Shown piece after piece: positions 20,097 through 30,477 of a DNA stretch of 64,000 bases. This DNA comes from Candidatus Vogelbacteria bacterium (GTDB taxonomy: Bacteria > Patescibacteriota > Minisyncoccia > Phycocordibacterales > JACRKE01). The stretch covers positions 1,711 through 65,710 of the forward strand of contig JACRKE010000026.1 of NCBI GenBank assembly GCA_016215335.1, in the 5' to 3' direction. The notes beneath the pieces were generated by a model. The model saw nothing but the letters and a program-made list of their open reading frames with translations. It was not told the DNA's origin and did no database searches. The translations under genes and the position numbers were made by a program. Position 1 is the stretch's first letter, and each line of letters begins with the position of its first letter.

Positions 20097-21332
20097 TTAT
20101 AGGAAGTAGTCGCCTTGGTCAGGAAGTCCTTGAATTTCAATAACTTCTTCTTCGGACACCATACGTTCAATCATGTGGTTCGCACCGTTGTACAGACAGG
20201 TTACTTCTCTGCATTCGTGCGATGCGTCAAAGCTCTGAAGAATCTCTGCCGTTGCCTGACGAAAGTTGTCTTGAGAATCTGCCTTGACGTATGCAGTGGC
20301 TTCACCCATTCTGGCTTTCAGCTCTCCTCTGTGTGCAGGGCAGTTGAATACTCCAAGCGGTGAGATTACTTGCCTGAATGCCATCATGTGGCACATCTTT
20401 GGTTGCTTGGTGAAGTCTCTCCGATTCCCGTTGATGAGCACCATGAGGTTAGAGCTTGCAATAACCTTGAAATTGGGTGTTTCCAATTTCTTTGTCTCTT
20501 CGAGGGTGTCACGAATGAGAGCAACTGTTGCATTGAAATTCTCAACCATTTCTGTGTCCATGACTTCTGCGCCTTCTGGATGCCTCGTCAAAATGGGCTT
20601 GAATGAGATGTAGGTGAAGCCGCTCTTTAATGCCAATTTAGCCGCGCTCATCATCTCGTGGATGTTCGGGATAATTTTGACCTTCTCACTATCTCGTTCT
20701 GCCCCGGGCCACACGACAATGAATGAGAAACCTATTCCGATACTCGGATTTGCATTTCTAAGCATTGGAACGCTTGCGCAGATCTCTTCAAGCGAGATTT
20801 TCTTTTTCGGTTGATGCATGCGAACGAATGTTTCATTGGTGCCAGAATCGAGCGAGAAGCGTACCCAGTCCTTTTGAGTTAGTAAGGGCGTGATCTCAAG
20901 GATCTTGTCGTTGTGGGATCCGTTGCTTACGATACCAATTTGTACCGCGTGTCCCTTGAGAAATCGTACTACCTCCGAAAACCCAGGGTAGAGTGTTGGT
21001 TCTCCTCCACCAATTAGGATGACCGAACGTAATCCATTCTCCACCATGTTTTCGAGAGACGTCATGAGTAATGCATGCTCGTAACGTGCCTTGCTGTTGA
21101 GCATGTTCCAGTCAATGCAGTGTGTGCACGCGTAGTTGCATGCTGTAGTTAGATCAAGGTTCACTGATATCGGTCCCCAGTTTGTCGGCATGGGCTGTGG
21201 TGCGTCACCCCTAGTCTTTGCCTGGCGAACTGATCGTTGCCACGCGACGTAAGCCTTCAGCTTTTCGAGTATCGCATCTTGCTTCAATTTTGACGCAAAA
21301 TCATGCTTGGGCTCAGTCTTTTGGGTATCCAT
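20097..21332 (-). CDS. radical SAM protein with C-terminal Cys-rich (SPASM/twitch-like) region
   Basis: CNYACTHC, GGGEP, C-terminal Cys residues; AGAGGAG SD 6 nt before ATG 21332. Confidence 0.88.
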   Translation of the reverse strand: MDTQKTEPKHDFASKLKQDAILEKLKAYVAWQRSVRQAKTRGDAPQPMPTNWGPISVNLDLTTACNYACTHCIDWNMLNSKARYEHALLMTSLENMVENGLRSVILIGGGEPTLYPGFSEVVRFLKGHAVQIGIVSNGSHNDKILEITPLLTQKDWVRFSLDSGTNETFVRMHQPKKKISLEEICASVPMLRNANPSIGIGFSFIVVWPGAERDSEKVKIIPNIHEMMSAAKLALKSGFTYISFKPILTRHPEGAEVMDTEMVENFNATVALIRDTLEETKKLETPNFKVIASSNLMVLINGNRRDFTKQPKMCHMMAFRQVISPLGVFNCPAHRGELKARMGEATAYVKADSQDNFRQATAEILQSFDASHECREVTCLYNGANHMIERMVSEEEVIEIQGLPDQGDYFL

Positions 21333-21418
21333 TGCTAGCTCCTCTCTCTCTATATTTGATTGTACAGAATCTACGTCCACCTTAGCAGGATATTAGAAAA
21401 AAACAATCATATTATCAT

Positions 21419-22117
21419 TCATGGGCGAGATTCCAGTATTTCGACTCTAACTGGATCTCTCAATATCCGACTTAATCGATATTCATACTCGGCTTCCCAG
21501 AGATAAAAAATATTTTTTGCGACCAGCTCTGGGGAAAGCATCCCTTCCGTTTTTTTTATGGTATTTGTCCAGAATTTAGTGGTCATGCCAGTTGGCCCAA
21601 CTACGAGCGTTTTTTTAACCATTACGTCAAGCGAAACTGATTTTGCGAGCATGGCTAATCCTGCTTTTGTTGCACAATATAAGGGTTCGTATTCCCTTGG
21701 AGTCCATTGAGAAGTTGAGGTAATGATTATGAGCCCCCTTAGTTGTTCTTGTTTTTTTAGTAATCTCTGCAACAGTAGGGCAGGGGCCGTTATACCTACA
21801 TTTATCATCTTCTGTATATGATTGTCTTCAAGCTGGTCTATGTGACCATCTTCAAAGAAACCGGCATTGTAAATCAACGTATCTATTGTCGGTAAATCAT
21901 TGACTAGCTTGTTTAGTCTTGTTTTAAGAGTTTCGACATTCTCATTAATCGATAATTCAACTTGATTAAAGTAAGGTACACTTGCATCTACCGTCCTACT
22001 AGTTGCGTAAATATTCGACTTAAGCGCGAATAATTTTCCTATTTCCAATCCAAGACCGGATAATCCTCCGATAATAAGTGTATTTGCAATTTTGTTGTTC
22101 TTAATTTCTGATGACAT
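21419..22117 (-). CDS. short-chain dehydrogenase/reductase
   Basis: GGLSGLG, NAG, YCATK. Confidence 0.85.
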   Translation of the reverse strand: MSSEIKNNKIANTLIIGGLSGLGLEIGKLFALKSNIYATSRTVDASVPYFNQVELSINENVETLKTRLNKLVNDLPTIDTLIYNAGFFEDGHIDQLEDNHIQKMINVGITAPALLLQRLLKKQEQLRGLIIITSTSQWTPREYEPLYCATKAGLAMLAKSVSLDVMVKKTLVVGPTGMTTKFWTNTIKKTEGMLSPELVAKNIFYLWEAEYEYRLSRILRDPVRVEILESRP

Positions 22118-22225
22118 ACATAACGGCCCTGTACTCAAGAATAAAACTGTACTATATTTAATGTTATGCCACAAGACGGTTATTCATTTTTAAAAAGAAA
22201 ACTGACCCATTTGCAAAGTTCACAT

Positions 22226-22420
22226 ATGGGGAAGCTTTTCCTAGACAAGAAATTTTTTCATTATACGTGGATTGGGATTTTCATTTCGGTGCTCAACGTA
22301 TTCTTGCTATGGCTACTTATAGATATACTTAGCATATCAACCGTCGTTTCCAGTATATTAGTTATCGGACTCACTTTCATTATTCGTTACGTGCTGTTTC
22401 GTCGTTTTGAAGCACTCTGA
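22226..22420 (+). CDS. small GtrA-like membrane protein (2 TM)
   Basis: KFFHYTWIG...LNVFLLWLL...RY pattern, upstream of a polyprenyl GT2. Confidence 0.65.
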   Translation: MGKLFLDKKFFHYTWIGIFISVLNVFLLWLLIDILSISTVVSSILVIGLTFIIRYVLFRRFEAL

Positions 22421-22465
22421 GGCCGACTGTTGTGGTGACTAATGAAATCTGATACGATGTAACCC

Positions 22466-23413
22466 ATGAACAACAGTGTCAAGCCTTTATTGTCCGTGAT
22501 TGTACCAGTTTATAACGAGGTTGAATCTGTGGTTAAGCTACATTCCGAATTGTTAACTGTACTACGCACATTAGGCTTGCCATTCGAGATTATATACATC
22601 GATGATGGCTCTACTGACAACACATACGAAAGGCTAATTTCTTTGGTTCAGATTAAAATTATTCGCTTTCGTCGAAATTTTGGTCAGACAGCGGCTATGG
22701 ACGCTGGAATAAAAGTTACTACTGGAGACTACTTGATCATGCTTGACGGTGATGGTCAGAATGATCCAGCAGACATTCCTCAGTTAATTGAGAAGCTAGA
22801 GAGGGAAAAGCTGGATGTTGTTTCTGGTTGGAGGAAGATTCGACGAGATAATTTTTCAAAACGCTTTTTTTCACTAGTGGCGGCTTTTTTAAGAAAACTA
22901 TTAATAAATGATGGTATTCATGATAGCGGGTGTACTCTCAAGGTTTATCGAAGAGAGTGTTTTGATGGTGTTGATCTAATGGGAGAAATGCATCGTTTTA
23001 TTCCGGCTCTTCTTAAAATTAGAGGTTTTAAGATTGGTGAAATGAAGGTTAACCATCGTCCGCGTCTGGTCGGTAAGACCAAGTACACTTGGAGACGAGG
23101 ATTGAAAGGTATCTTAGATATGATGTCTGTCTGGTTTTGGCAAAAGTATGCTAGCCGACCCCTTCATCTTTTCGGCGGGTTAGGATTTTTATTCGGTCTT
23201 GTTGGAGTTTTTTCTCTTGTAACCTTATTTGTTCTTCGTTTGTTCTATTTTGTAACTTTGGCCGACAAAATTTGGCCTTTGATCTCTATTTTTATGATTC
23301 TTATGGGAGTCAACTTTTTCATTTCAGGTATTTTGGCCGACATAATGGTTAAAGATTATTTTAAAAACAATCGGCGTGACTACTATTTAATAGCCGAAAC
23401 AAAAGAACAATGA
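22466..23413 (+). CDS. GT2 polyprenyl-phosphate glycosyltransferase (ArnC/GtrB-like)
   Basis: SVIVPVYNE, DDGSTD, FRRNFGQTAA, DGDGQNDP, GEMHRFIP, 2 C-terminal TMs. Confidence 0.92.
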   Translation: MNNSVKPLLSVIVPVYNEVESVVKLHSELLTVLRTLGLPFEIIYIDDGSTDNTYERLISLVQIKIIRFRRNFGQTAAMDAGIKVTTGDYLIMLDGDGQNDPADIPQLIEKLEREKLDVVSGWRKIRRDNFSKRFFSLVAAFLRKLLINDGIHDSGCTLKVYRRECFDGVDLMGEMHRFIPALLKIRGFKIGEMKVNHRPRLVGKTKYTWRRGLKGILDMMSVWFWQKYASRPLHLFGGLGFLFGLVGVFSLVTLFVLRLFYFVTLADKIWPLISIFMILMGVNFFISGILADIMVKDYFKNNRRDYYLIAETKEQ

Positions 23414-24132
23414 CCAGTTATTTAGTTGAGCATTATGAAAAAATTGGAGATGTTAAGACAGATTTTCGTAATTGGAATCTTTTTCATCTTGTTGCAACTT
23501 TAATCAAAGGGGAATCTGTCGTTGATGTGGGATGTGGGGCAGCCTTTTTTTTGAGTATTCTAAAAGCAGGTGGAAAAAATGTTGTTGGAGTTGAGCCCAA
23601 TAGCGGAATGCGGGCATTGGCTTCCCAAATGAATCCCGGGGTAGTCGTTATCCCCGGGAGAGCTGAAGAGATTGACGTTTTATTGCAAAGACCAGTTGAC
23701 TCAGTGGTAATGATCGATGTGCTTGAACACATTGAGGATGACGCTGAGCAAGTCAAAAAGGTTCAAGCCATTCTAAAGAAAAATGGCGAGTTTGTCTTCG
23801 TGGTTCCTGCTTATCAATTTTTGTATGGTAAAAGAGATAAACATATGGGTCATTATCGGAGATATTCTAAAAAATCGTTGCAAAAAATACTCACTGCTAA
23901 TGGTTTTCTTATTCAACATATGCGCCATTGGAATGCCCTCGGTTTTTTGCCATACCTTATTTCTGAAAAAATATTTCATAAGCCGTTACAGTTAGAATTA
24001 AGAAGGAGTACCAAAACAAACGTGTTGACTAGAATTACTCGAAAGGGATTACATTTTTGGTTGAGGTTAGTTGAGAATAATTTTGATTTTGGTTTTGGTC
24101 TTAGCATTATAGGCGTTGCAAGGAAGATATGA
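23410..24132 (+). CDS. class I SAM-dependent methyltransferase
   Basis: VDVGCG, DVLEHIEDD, VPAY...D...GHYRRY. Confidence 0.88.
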   Translation: MTSYLVEHYEKIGDVKTDFRNWNLFHLVATLIKGESVVDVGCGAAFFLSILKAGGKNVVGVEPNSGMRALASQMNPGVVVIPGRAEEIDVLLQRPVDSVVMIDVLEHIEDDAEQVKKVQAILKKNGEFVFVVPAYQFLYGKRDKHMGHYRRYSKKSLQKILTANGFLIQHMRHWNALGFLPYLISEKIFHKPLQLELRRSTKTNVLTRITRKGLHFWLRLVENNFDFGFGLSIIGVARKI

Positions 24133-25880
24133 AGTTAAAAAGAGTCAAAGAGATATTATTTAATCATAGATTAGCAATTTTATTTGCGGTCATCCTCGCT
24201 TTCATCGTGGCCTTTCCGCAGGTTTATTTTCGTATTGATCATCAGAGTGATGGTGTTTATCAGGGTATAGAACTTCTCCCTGACTCTCCGTGGTCAGCGC
24301 GTGTGCGAGAGGTGCAGGATGGCCACCCCAACTTTGGAGCCATTTATTATAAGGACGGCAAAGACAATCCATATCTTTTTCAACCACTCGGTTCTATGGT
24401 AGTGGGATACGTGGGAGAACTGTTCTCTCTTGATATCAACAATACTATTTTGTTGTCTCGGATTATTCTTTCCTTCATCGTATTTATCTTGATCTATGTT
24501 TTTGTTTTTCTCTTGTCAAAAAGTAGATTGACGGCATTATGCAGTTCTACTGTGCTCTTGTTTGCCGAGTCGATCTTGAGTTTCTCTGGTTTATCGAGAC
24601 TTTTTCATGGCCTCAATCCAGATAGTTTTCTTCGAATCGCTCGGCCAGTTAATCCGGCGATGATTTACGTTTTACTTTTTAGTTTCTTGATATGTTTTTG
24701 GTTCTTTTATAAAAAAAATGACTGGCGCTGGGGCGTGGCGAGCGCTATTTTATTAGGCTTAAATTTTTATAACTATTTTTACTCGTGGACCTTCCTCTAT
24801 TCATTTGGCGCAATCCTAATTTTATTTTTTCTCTGTCAAAAAAGGTGGCGAGAAGCACTGCGTTTGGCGGGTGTATTTCTCGGAGCATTGCTGGTGGCTT
24901 TTCCATATTGCGTCAATCTTTATCGCGCCACCATGCATCCGGCCTACGTAGAGGTTGGTGCACGAAACGGAATAGTCCTGACCCATGCTCCTTTATTTGT
25001 GGGTTTAACTGCGATAATTGCCTTGATTGTTTTTTTCCTTGGATTTCCAAAGGAAGATCGGGAAAAATATTTTTTTAGCTTAGCTTTATTGCTTACGCCA
25101 TTTATCACTTTGAATCAACAGCTTTTAACTGGCAGGGTTCTTCAGGAGGCGCACTACCATTGGTTTTTTCATAAACCGATCGCTGTTATTGTCGTCCTCA
25201 TAGTCATTCTGCACCTCCTCGCTTCTAGAGGTTTTGTTTTGACCAGAAAAGTCATTGCTGGCATCATTTTGACAGTTAGTATTTTCACTGGAGTATTTGT
25301 TCAAGCAGAGACATATTTTAACGATTCTCGCGATGGGGGAATGATAGCAGTCGAAAGACAAAAATATGGACCAGTGATGAAATGGCTGAATGAAAATGCG
25401 TTAAAAGAGTCTGTTGTTTTAGCTAACGATGAAATTTCGCATCTTACTGTTATTTACACTCCTTTAAACGTTTTTTATCATCGAGCTGCTATGTATTCAC
25501 TTGCATCCACAAAAGCACGATTACTAGACGTACTTTTTACTTTTTATCGTCTACGAGGAATTAAGGCAGGGGATGCTCGGGAGGTATTTTTTGCCGAGCG
25601 AGGTAATATTTCTGCTAATATCTATGGCATACATTATCGAGAACTTCTGGGTTCATATGATGCAATACCAGATGATAAAATTGAAGAAGCGGTTAATCTA
25701 TATATAAAATCACAATCTGAGGACAGTCAGAATTGGTTCAAAAGGGTATTTAAGAAATATGAAGTAGGGTATGTAGTTTGGGATAAGAAAAGTGACCCAT
25801 CATGGCAGCTAGATGCATATCAAAATCTTGTTAAAGCAGCTGAATTACCGAATGACATGTTGATCTATCGTGTTCAATAA
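24129..25880 (+). CDS. polytopic membrane protein, probable GT-C glycosyltransferase
   Basis: many TM helices plus a soluble C-terminal domain; located beside GtrA/GT2 genes. Confidence 0.6.
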   Translation: MKLKRVKEILFNHRLAILFAVILAFIVAFPQVYFRIDHQSDGVYQGIELLPDSPWSARVREVQDGHPNFGAIYYKDGKDNPYLFQPLGSMVVGYVGELFSLDINNTILLSRIILSFIVFILIYVFVFLLSKSRLTALCSSTVLLFAESILSFSGLSRLFHGLNPDSFLRIARPVNPAMIYVLLFSFLICFWFFYKKNDWRWGVASAILLGLNFYNYFYSWTFLYSFGAILILFFLCQKRWREALRLAGVFLGALLVAFPYCVNLYRATMHPAYVEVGARNGIVLTHAPLFVGLTAIIALIVFFLGFPKEDREKYFFSLALLLTPFITLNQQLLTGRVLQEAHYHWFFHKPIAVIVVLIVILHLLASRGFVLTRKVIAGIILTVSIFTGVFVQAETYFNDSRDGGMIAVERQKYGPVMKWLNENALKESVVLANDEISHLTVIYTPLNVFYHRAAMYSLASTKARLLDVLFTFYRLRGIKAGDAREVFFAERGNISANIYGIHYRELLGSYDAIPDDKIEEAVNLYIKSQSEDSQNWFKRVFKKYEVGYVVWDKKSDPSWQLDAYQNLVKAAELPNDMLIYRVQ

Positions 25881-25905
25881 TGTCTGATAAAGTAAGCAAT
25901 AAAAA

Positions 25906-27144
25906 ATGAAGATTTTATTTTTGTCTGATGATTTTCCGCCTACGAGCTTTGGAGGAGCTGGTATCTCTACCTGTGACATCGCTCTTGGGATGAAAAAAGC
26001 AGGCCATGAAGTGTTTGTTGTTACCACGTGCAGGAAAGAGATTGATTCGGGTGAGTCTGATTATGAAGGTATTAAGGTTTATAGAATTGCGAGTGATTAT
26101 CCAGGCAGATGGCGATCATGGATAAGTCTTTATAATAGGCCTGTGGTTAGCAGGGTTGAAGAATTGATAAGGCAGTTAAAACCAGACGTTGTGCATGCTA
26201 ATAATATACATTTTTATCTATCGTATGCATGTCTCAAAGTTGCAAAGAAAAATTGTAAAGCAGTTGTTTTCACCGCTCGCGACGTAATGACATTCAATTT
26301 CTCCAAGCTTACCACTAAGAGATATCTAGAAAATTTTGATTATCATACAACGTGGCGAGACCACATTAAACAAGCGGGGAAAAGATGGAATCCGCTCAGA
26401 AACATCATCATAAAGAGATATTTAGGATATGCAGACAAAATTTTGGCTGTGAGCGATGCATTACGAAAAGCACTTGAGCAAAATAGAATAAGAAATGTCG
26501 AGGTTATGCATTCAGGGATAGATGTGGATTCGTGGCGTGTAAGTAATGAGGATGGGATTAATTTCCGTCAAAAATATGGTACAGATAATAAGAAAGTTAT
26601 TTTATTCGGCGGTCGTCTAAGCGACGCAAAAGGTTGCAAGCAAGTTCTCGGCGCAATGGTGGAGATTTTGAAGAATATTCCGAATGCTGTTTTGCTTATC
26701 GTCGCTAGTCTAGATGGACACACTAATCAGTTGACGGCGGAAGCGAACAAGCTGGAAATCGGTGATAGATTATTATTTACTGGTTGGGTTGGAAGAGATA
26801 AAATAAAATTCACCTACGCATGTGCCGATATTGTATTAGTGACTTCAATTTGCTTCGATTCATTCCCTAGGATCGTGCTAGAGGCAATGGCTTCTGGAAA
26901 GCCCGTTGTGGGTACTTGTTATGGAGGTGCTTCGGAAGCGATAATCGATGGAGTAACGGGGTATGTCGTGAATCCTTTTGATGTTGATATAATGTCAAAG
27001 CAAATCGTAGACCTACTTTCAAACCATCATAAGGCTGCGGAATTTGGACATGCTGGACGCCAAAGAATACAAGCTGATTTTAATCTAGATATTAAGGTAA
27101 GTGAACTAATATCAGACTACAAAAAGATACTATCTTCTAAATAA
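25906..27144 (+). CDS. glycosyltransferase family 4
   Basis: FPPTSFGGAG, GRLSDAKG, DSFPRIVLEAMASGKPVV. Confidence 0.92.
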   Translation: MKILFLSDDFPPTSFGGAGISTCDIALGMKKAGHEVFVVTTCRKEIDSGESDYEGIKVYRIASDYPGRWRSWISLYNRPVVSRVEELIRQLKPDVVHANNIHFYLSYACLKVAKKNCKAVVFTARDVMTFNFSKLTTKRYLENFDYHTTWRDHIKQAGKRWNPLRNIIIKRYLGYADKILAVSDALRKALEQNRIRNVEVMHSGIDVDSWRVSNEDGINFRQKYGTDNKKVILFGGRLSDAKGCKQVLGAMVEILKNIPNAVLLIVASLDGHTNQLTAEANKLEIGDRLLFTGWVGRDKIKFTYACADIVLVTSICFDSFPRIVLEAMASGKPVVGTCYGGASEAIIDGVTGYVVNPFDVDIMSKQIVDLLSNHHKAAEFGHAGRQRIQADFNLDIKVSELISDYKKILSSK

Positions 27145-27317
27145 ACTGGTAAGATTTCTTAAGTTTATATGTTTGAAGTGAGGTTTTGATTACTACTACA
27201 CCTAGTAAGACTAACTCAAAGATTTGTTGTTGGTGTATACTGGGAGCATCAGAATCGTGTTGTGTATGGGGTATTTAAAATACTCGAATTGGACATCAGA
27301 ACTGATATACTTTTGAT

Positions 27318-27866
27318 ATGAAAGCTGCACTTTTAGTTATCGATTTGCAGAAGGACTTTTTTAGGTCTGAGCGTTTACAATCTTTGCAATCAGCGTTAAC
27401 AGACAATACAAATGTGCTTATTGATACGGCACAAAGTAAAAACATTCCGATAATATGGGTTCGACAAGAAATGAAGGCTGATATGAGCAACGCCCCTCTT
27501 GGAGATAGAAAAGAAGGAAAATCTTTCGTTGTAGCAGGAACAGAAGGTGCCCAGTTGTTGGATGGGTTGCAAAAACAACTAAGTGACTACGAGATCGTAA
27601 AGACACGATACAGCCCCTTTTTTAAAACGGAGCTTGATGATTTATTGAAGAAACTTGTCGTAGACACCTTAATTCTCTCCGGAATAAATACTCATGCATG
27701 CGTCCGAATGGCAGCGATTGATGCCTACGAAAGAGATTACGAGATTATTCTGGCTACCGATTGTATCAACTCCTGGGACGAAGAACATCACAGAGTGTCC
27801 CTCAAATACCTATCGGGTAAAATCACACACCCGATGACCAACGAGGAGATTAAGCTCTTGAGCTGA
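27318..27866 (+). CDS. isochorismatase-family cysteine hydrolase
   Basis: ALLVIDLQKDF, KTRYSPF, GINTHACV catalytic motifs. Confidence 0.92.
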   Translation: MKAALLVIDLQKDFFRSERLQSLQSALTDNTNVLIDTAQSKNIPIIWVRQEMKADMSNAPLGDRKEGKSFVVAGTEGAQLLDGLQKQLSDYEIVKTRYSPFFKTELDDLLKKLVVDTLILSGINTHACVRMAAIDAYERDYEIILATDCINSWDEEHHRVSLKYLSGKITHPMTNEEIKLLS

Positions 27867-28260
27867 AAGTTTCCAGAAGTAGTTCTTTTGATCGTTGTGA
27901 ACGAAACTTTTTCTCATAAAGGGGTTTCTGTTGTATCAACTGGCTGGATTGATAGAAACGATATGAAATTGGTTTACGCAAGCTATGATGCTGTACTCAT
28001 GCCATCAATTTGTTTCGATTCGTTTCCAAGAATAGTTTTGGAACCAATTGCTATGGGGAAACCGGTTATTGCTACGCATTATGGTGAAGCAAAAGAGATT
28101 GTTCTCAATGGTGTTTCAGGATATGTTATTAATCCATTTGATGTAAAAGAAATTGCCGACAAAATCACCAATCTTCTCGTTGACGATAAAAAAGGAGAAA
28201 AGTTTGGAATAGTTGGAAGAGATGCGTGAGAGCTGATTTTAATATTGATAAAAAAATTTA
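27867..28260 (+). pseudogene. C-terminal remnant of a GT4 paralogous to 25906-27144
   Basis: KFPEVVLLIVV...TGW...SICFDSFPRIVLE..MGKPV matches the upstream GT4; tail VRADFNIDK lies in a shifted frame. Confidence 0.8.
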
Positions 28261-28479
28261 ATTGCATATTAGCCACCAGGAAAGACTCTTAAAAGGAAAA
28301 AGAGAAAAACTTTTTAACTCAGGAGGTGTATTTTAGAAAACGGAGTACTTTATTTTGATGGAATGTGCTATGCTGAGTGTTCAGTTTCTGGAGTGTTGTG
28401 ATTCCTGAATTACTTATCAGTATTAGATAGTAGTTCGGTGTTTTTCTGTTATTTTTATTTTTTAAAATTCGAACTCGTT

Positions 28480-29247
28480 ATGACTCAAATGCCAACGAAA
28501 AGAGTATTTGGAATAATACTAACCTACAATTGTGCATTATTTTTGCCAGAAGTAATTTCAAAAATACCGAAAGAATATTTCGATATAATCATAGTCTCTG
28601 ACGATGATTCGTCTGATAACACGATGGATGTAGCAAAACAACTTGGTGTGCAAGCTTTTACTCATCCGCACACAGGCTATGGAGGTAATCTAAAATTCGG
28701 TCTCAATAAGGCGGTTGAGATGGGAGCGGATCACATGATAGAGATACATGGCGATGGGCAGTACGACCTTTTTTCTGTACCACTTGCTATTCCAAAGCTT
28801 AATGCTGGAGTTGATTTTATTCTAGGAAACCGATTCTATAAATTTTTTCAACCATGGAAAGATAACATGAGCCTGATTCGTATACTCGGGAATCTCACTC
28901 TTTCAACGATCGGTCGTTTTGGTCTATGGATAAAACCGTTAGATCTTTTCCCTGGTTTCCGCGCATACAGTAAGCGTTTTGTTGAAACAATCGATTTTGC
29001 CAACGGATCAGATGATTACTTTTTTAGCTTTGAAGTTATTGTTCTGGCAAAATATGCTGGGCTTGTAATAGACTCGGTTCCTGCACGTTGTTTTTACAAC
29101 AAAGGAGGACACAGTTCCATGAATCTTTGGAAAGGTATGCTTGAAATTTACCAGACACCTCATGCGGTCTTGCAGTACTGGCTTGCACTACTTGGTTGGA
29201 AACGAACCATCCTTAAGAATCAAGGAAAGCTCTCTCTTATGAAGTAA
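28480..29247 (+). CDS. glycosyltransferase family 2
   Basis: SDDDSSD, GYGGN, HGDGQY, GFRAYS. Confidence 0.88.
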   Translation: MTQMPTKRVFGIILTYNCALFLPEVISKIPKEYFDIIIVSDDDSSDNTMDVAKQLGVQAFTHPHTGYGGNLKFGLNKAVEMGADHMIEIHGDGQYDLFSVPLAIPKLNAGVDFILGNRFYKFFQPWKDNMSLIRILGNLTLSTIGRFGLWIKPLDLFPGFRAYSKRFVETIDFANGSDDYFFSFEVIVLAKYAGLVIDSVPARCFYNKGGHSSMNLWKGMLEIYQTPHAVLQYWLALLGWKRTILKNQGKLSLMK

Positions 29248-30466
29248 CTGTTCCGTCGCAGAAGATAAATTTACCTCCACCTTTTCTGAAATTTTCTTCC
29301 TTAGCCATGATGATATCTGCGTAGTTTGGCGCTGTAATAAAGAAATAGTCTGGTAAGCGCTTTTCTGCATCTTTTCGCGAGATAACTGGAATATGAGTCA
29401 CTGGTGTGTACTTTCCTTGTTTTGCTGGAGAATCATCGACGAAGTAGTCAATGTGCTTCTGTGTTATACCTGCTAACTGTAAGACAGAAAAACCTTTAGC
29501 TGCAGCTCCGTAACCTGCGATTGATTTTCCTTGTTTTTTGAGCTCAGTTATTACTTTATACAACTTATTCGCTTCAATTTTACAACCTTCACCATATGCT
29601 TTTGCTGCCTTAAGTGTGTTGAGTTTTGTTTTTTCCTCTTCTTGTACAAGTTTTTTGAAGCGTTCACTTTTAGCTCGATTCTTATCTCGAGAAGCAAAAA
29701 TTCGGAGAGATAGTCCATCACCTTGAGCTTCTGTGACAAAGGCATCAAAAACATAAAGTCCATTCATTTGTGCAAGGTCAATCCAGTTTTTGAGTGAGAA
29801 ATATGAATAGTGATCAAGGTAAACTAGAGCGTAGTGGCGATGCTTAACCATACCACCCCAATAATTAACTTCTGCCCAGAAAATACCGTCTTCAGAAAGC
29901 AATTCTGCTACTCCCTCCATTACTCCATGGATATTATCGATGTGAGCAAGACAGTTTGCACCTCCCACTACTTTTGAAGGACCAAACTCTTTTTTTATTA
30001 TTCTCGCAATGCGTCCTTCCATGGGTCCTGAAAGGGTTGGTACGCCTCGAGCAAGAGCTCGTATAACAACGTTTGTTGCCGGATCAACACCTAGAATGCG
30101 ACGACCATCTTTCATTTTTTCAAGCACAGTTCCGTCATTTGATCCGATTTCGACAATAAGGTCATCTTTTTTCGTGTGTTTATCGTGAACTTCGGTTACG
30201 AGACTGTCGAAAGCGCGCATGTATTGACTCTGTTGTGGCATGTCGCCTGTAAAGTATAGATAATCTTGATCGTGATATATTTTGTGTGAGTCGACAATCG
30301 TTTTAAGTTGCGCAAGAGAACATTTTGAACAGCGCACAACAACGAGCGGGTATTTTTTTTCACCCTTAGAAAGGTCTTTCTTGTCGAGTAAAGAGTTTAC
30401 GAGGGGAGCCTTTCCCATATCTAAAACGTCGTCAAACTTGGTGTTACCACAAATTCTACATTTCAT
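29237..30466 (-). CDS. NDP-sugar C-methyltransferase (Zn-ribbon N-terminus)
   Basis: CRICG...CSKC, EIGSNDG, GYGAAAKG, KQGKYTP..HIP. Confidence 0.88.
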   Translation of the reverse strand: MKCRICGNTKFDDVLDMGKAPLVNSLLDKKDLSKGEKKYPLVVVRCSKCSLAQLKTIVDSHKIYHDQDYLYFTGDMPQQSQYMRAFDSLVTEVHDKHTKKDDLIVEIGSNDGTVLEKMKDGRRILGVDPATNVVIRALARGVPTLSGPMEGRIARIIKKEFGPSKVVGGANCLAHIDNIHGVMEGVAELLSEDGIFWAEVNYWGGMVKHRHYALVYLDHYSYFSLKNWIDLAQMNGLYVFDAFVTEAQGDGLSLRIFASRDKNRAKSERFKKLVQEEEKTKLNTLKAAKAYGEGCKIEANKLYKVITELKKQGKSIAGYGAAAKGFSVLQLAGITQKHIDYFVDDSPAKQGKYTPVTHIPVISRKDAEKRLPDYFFITAPNYADIIMAKEENFRKGGGKFIFCDGTVTS

Positions 30467-30477
30467 ATCACTATTAT

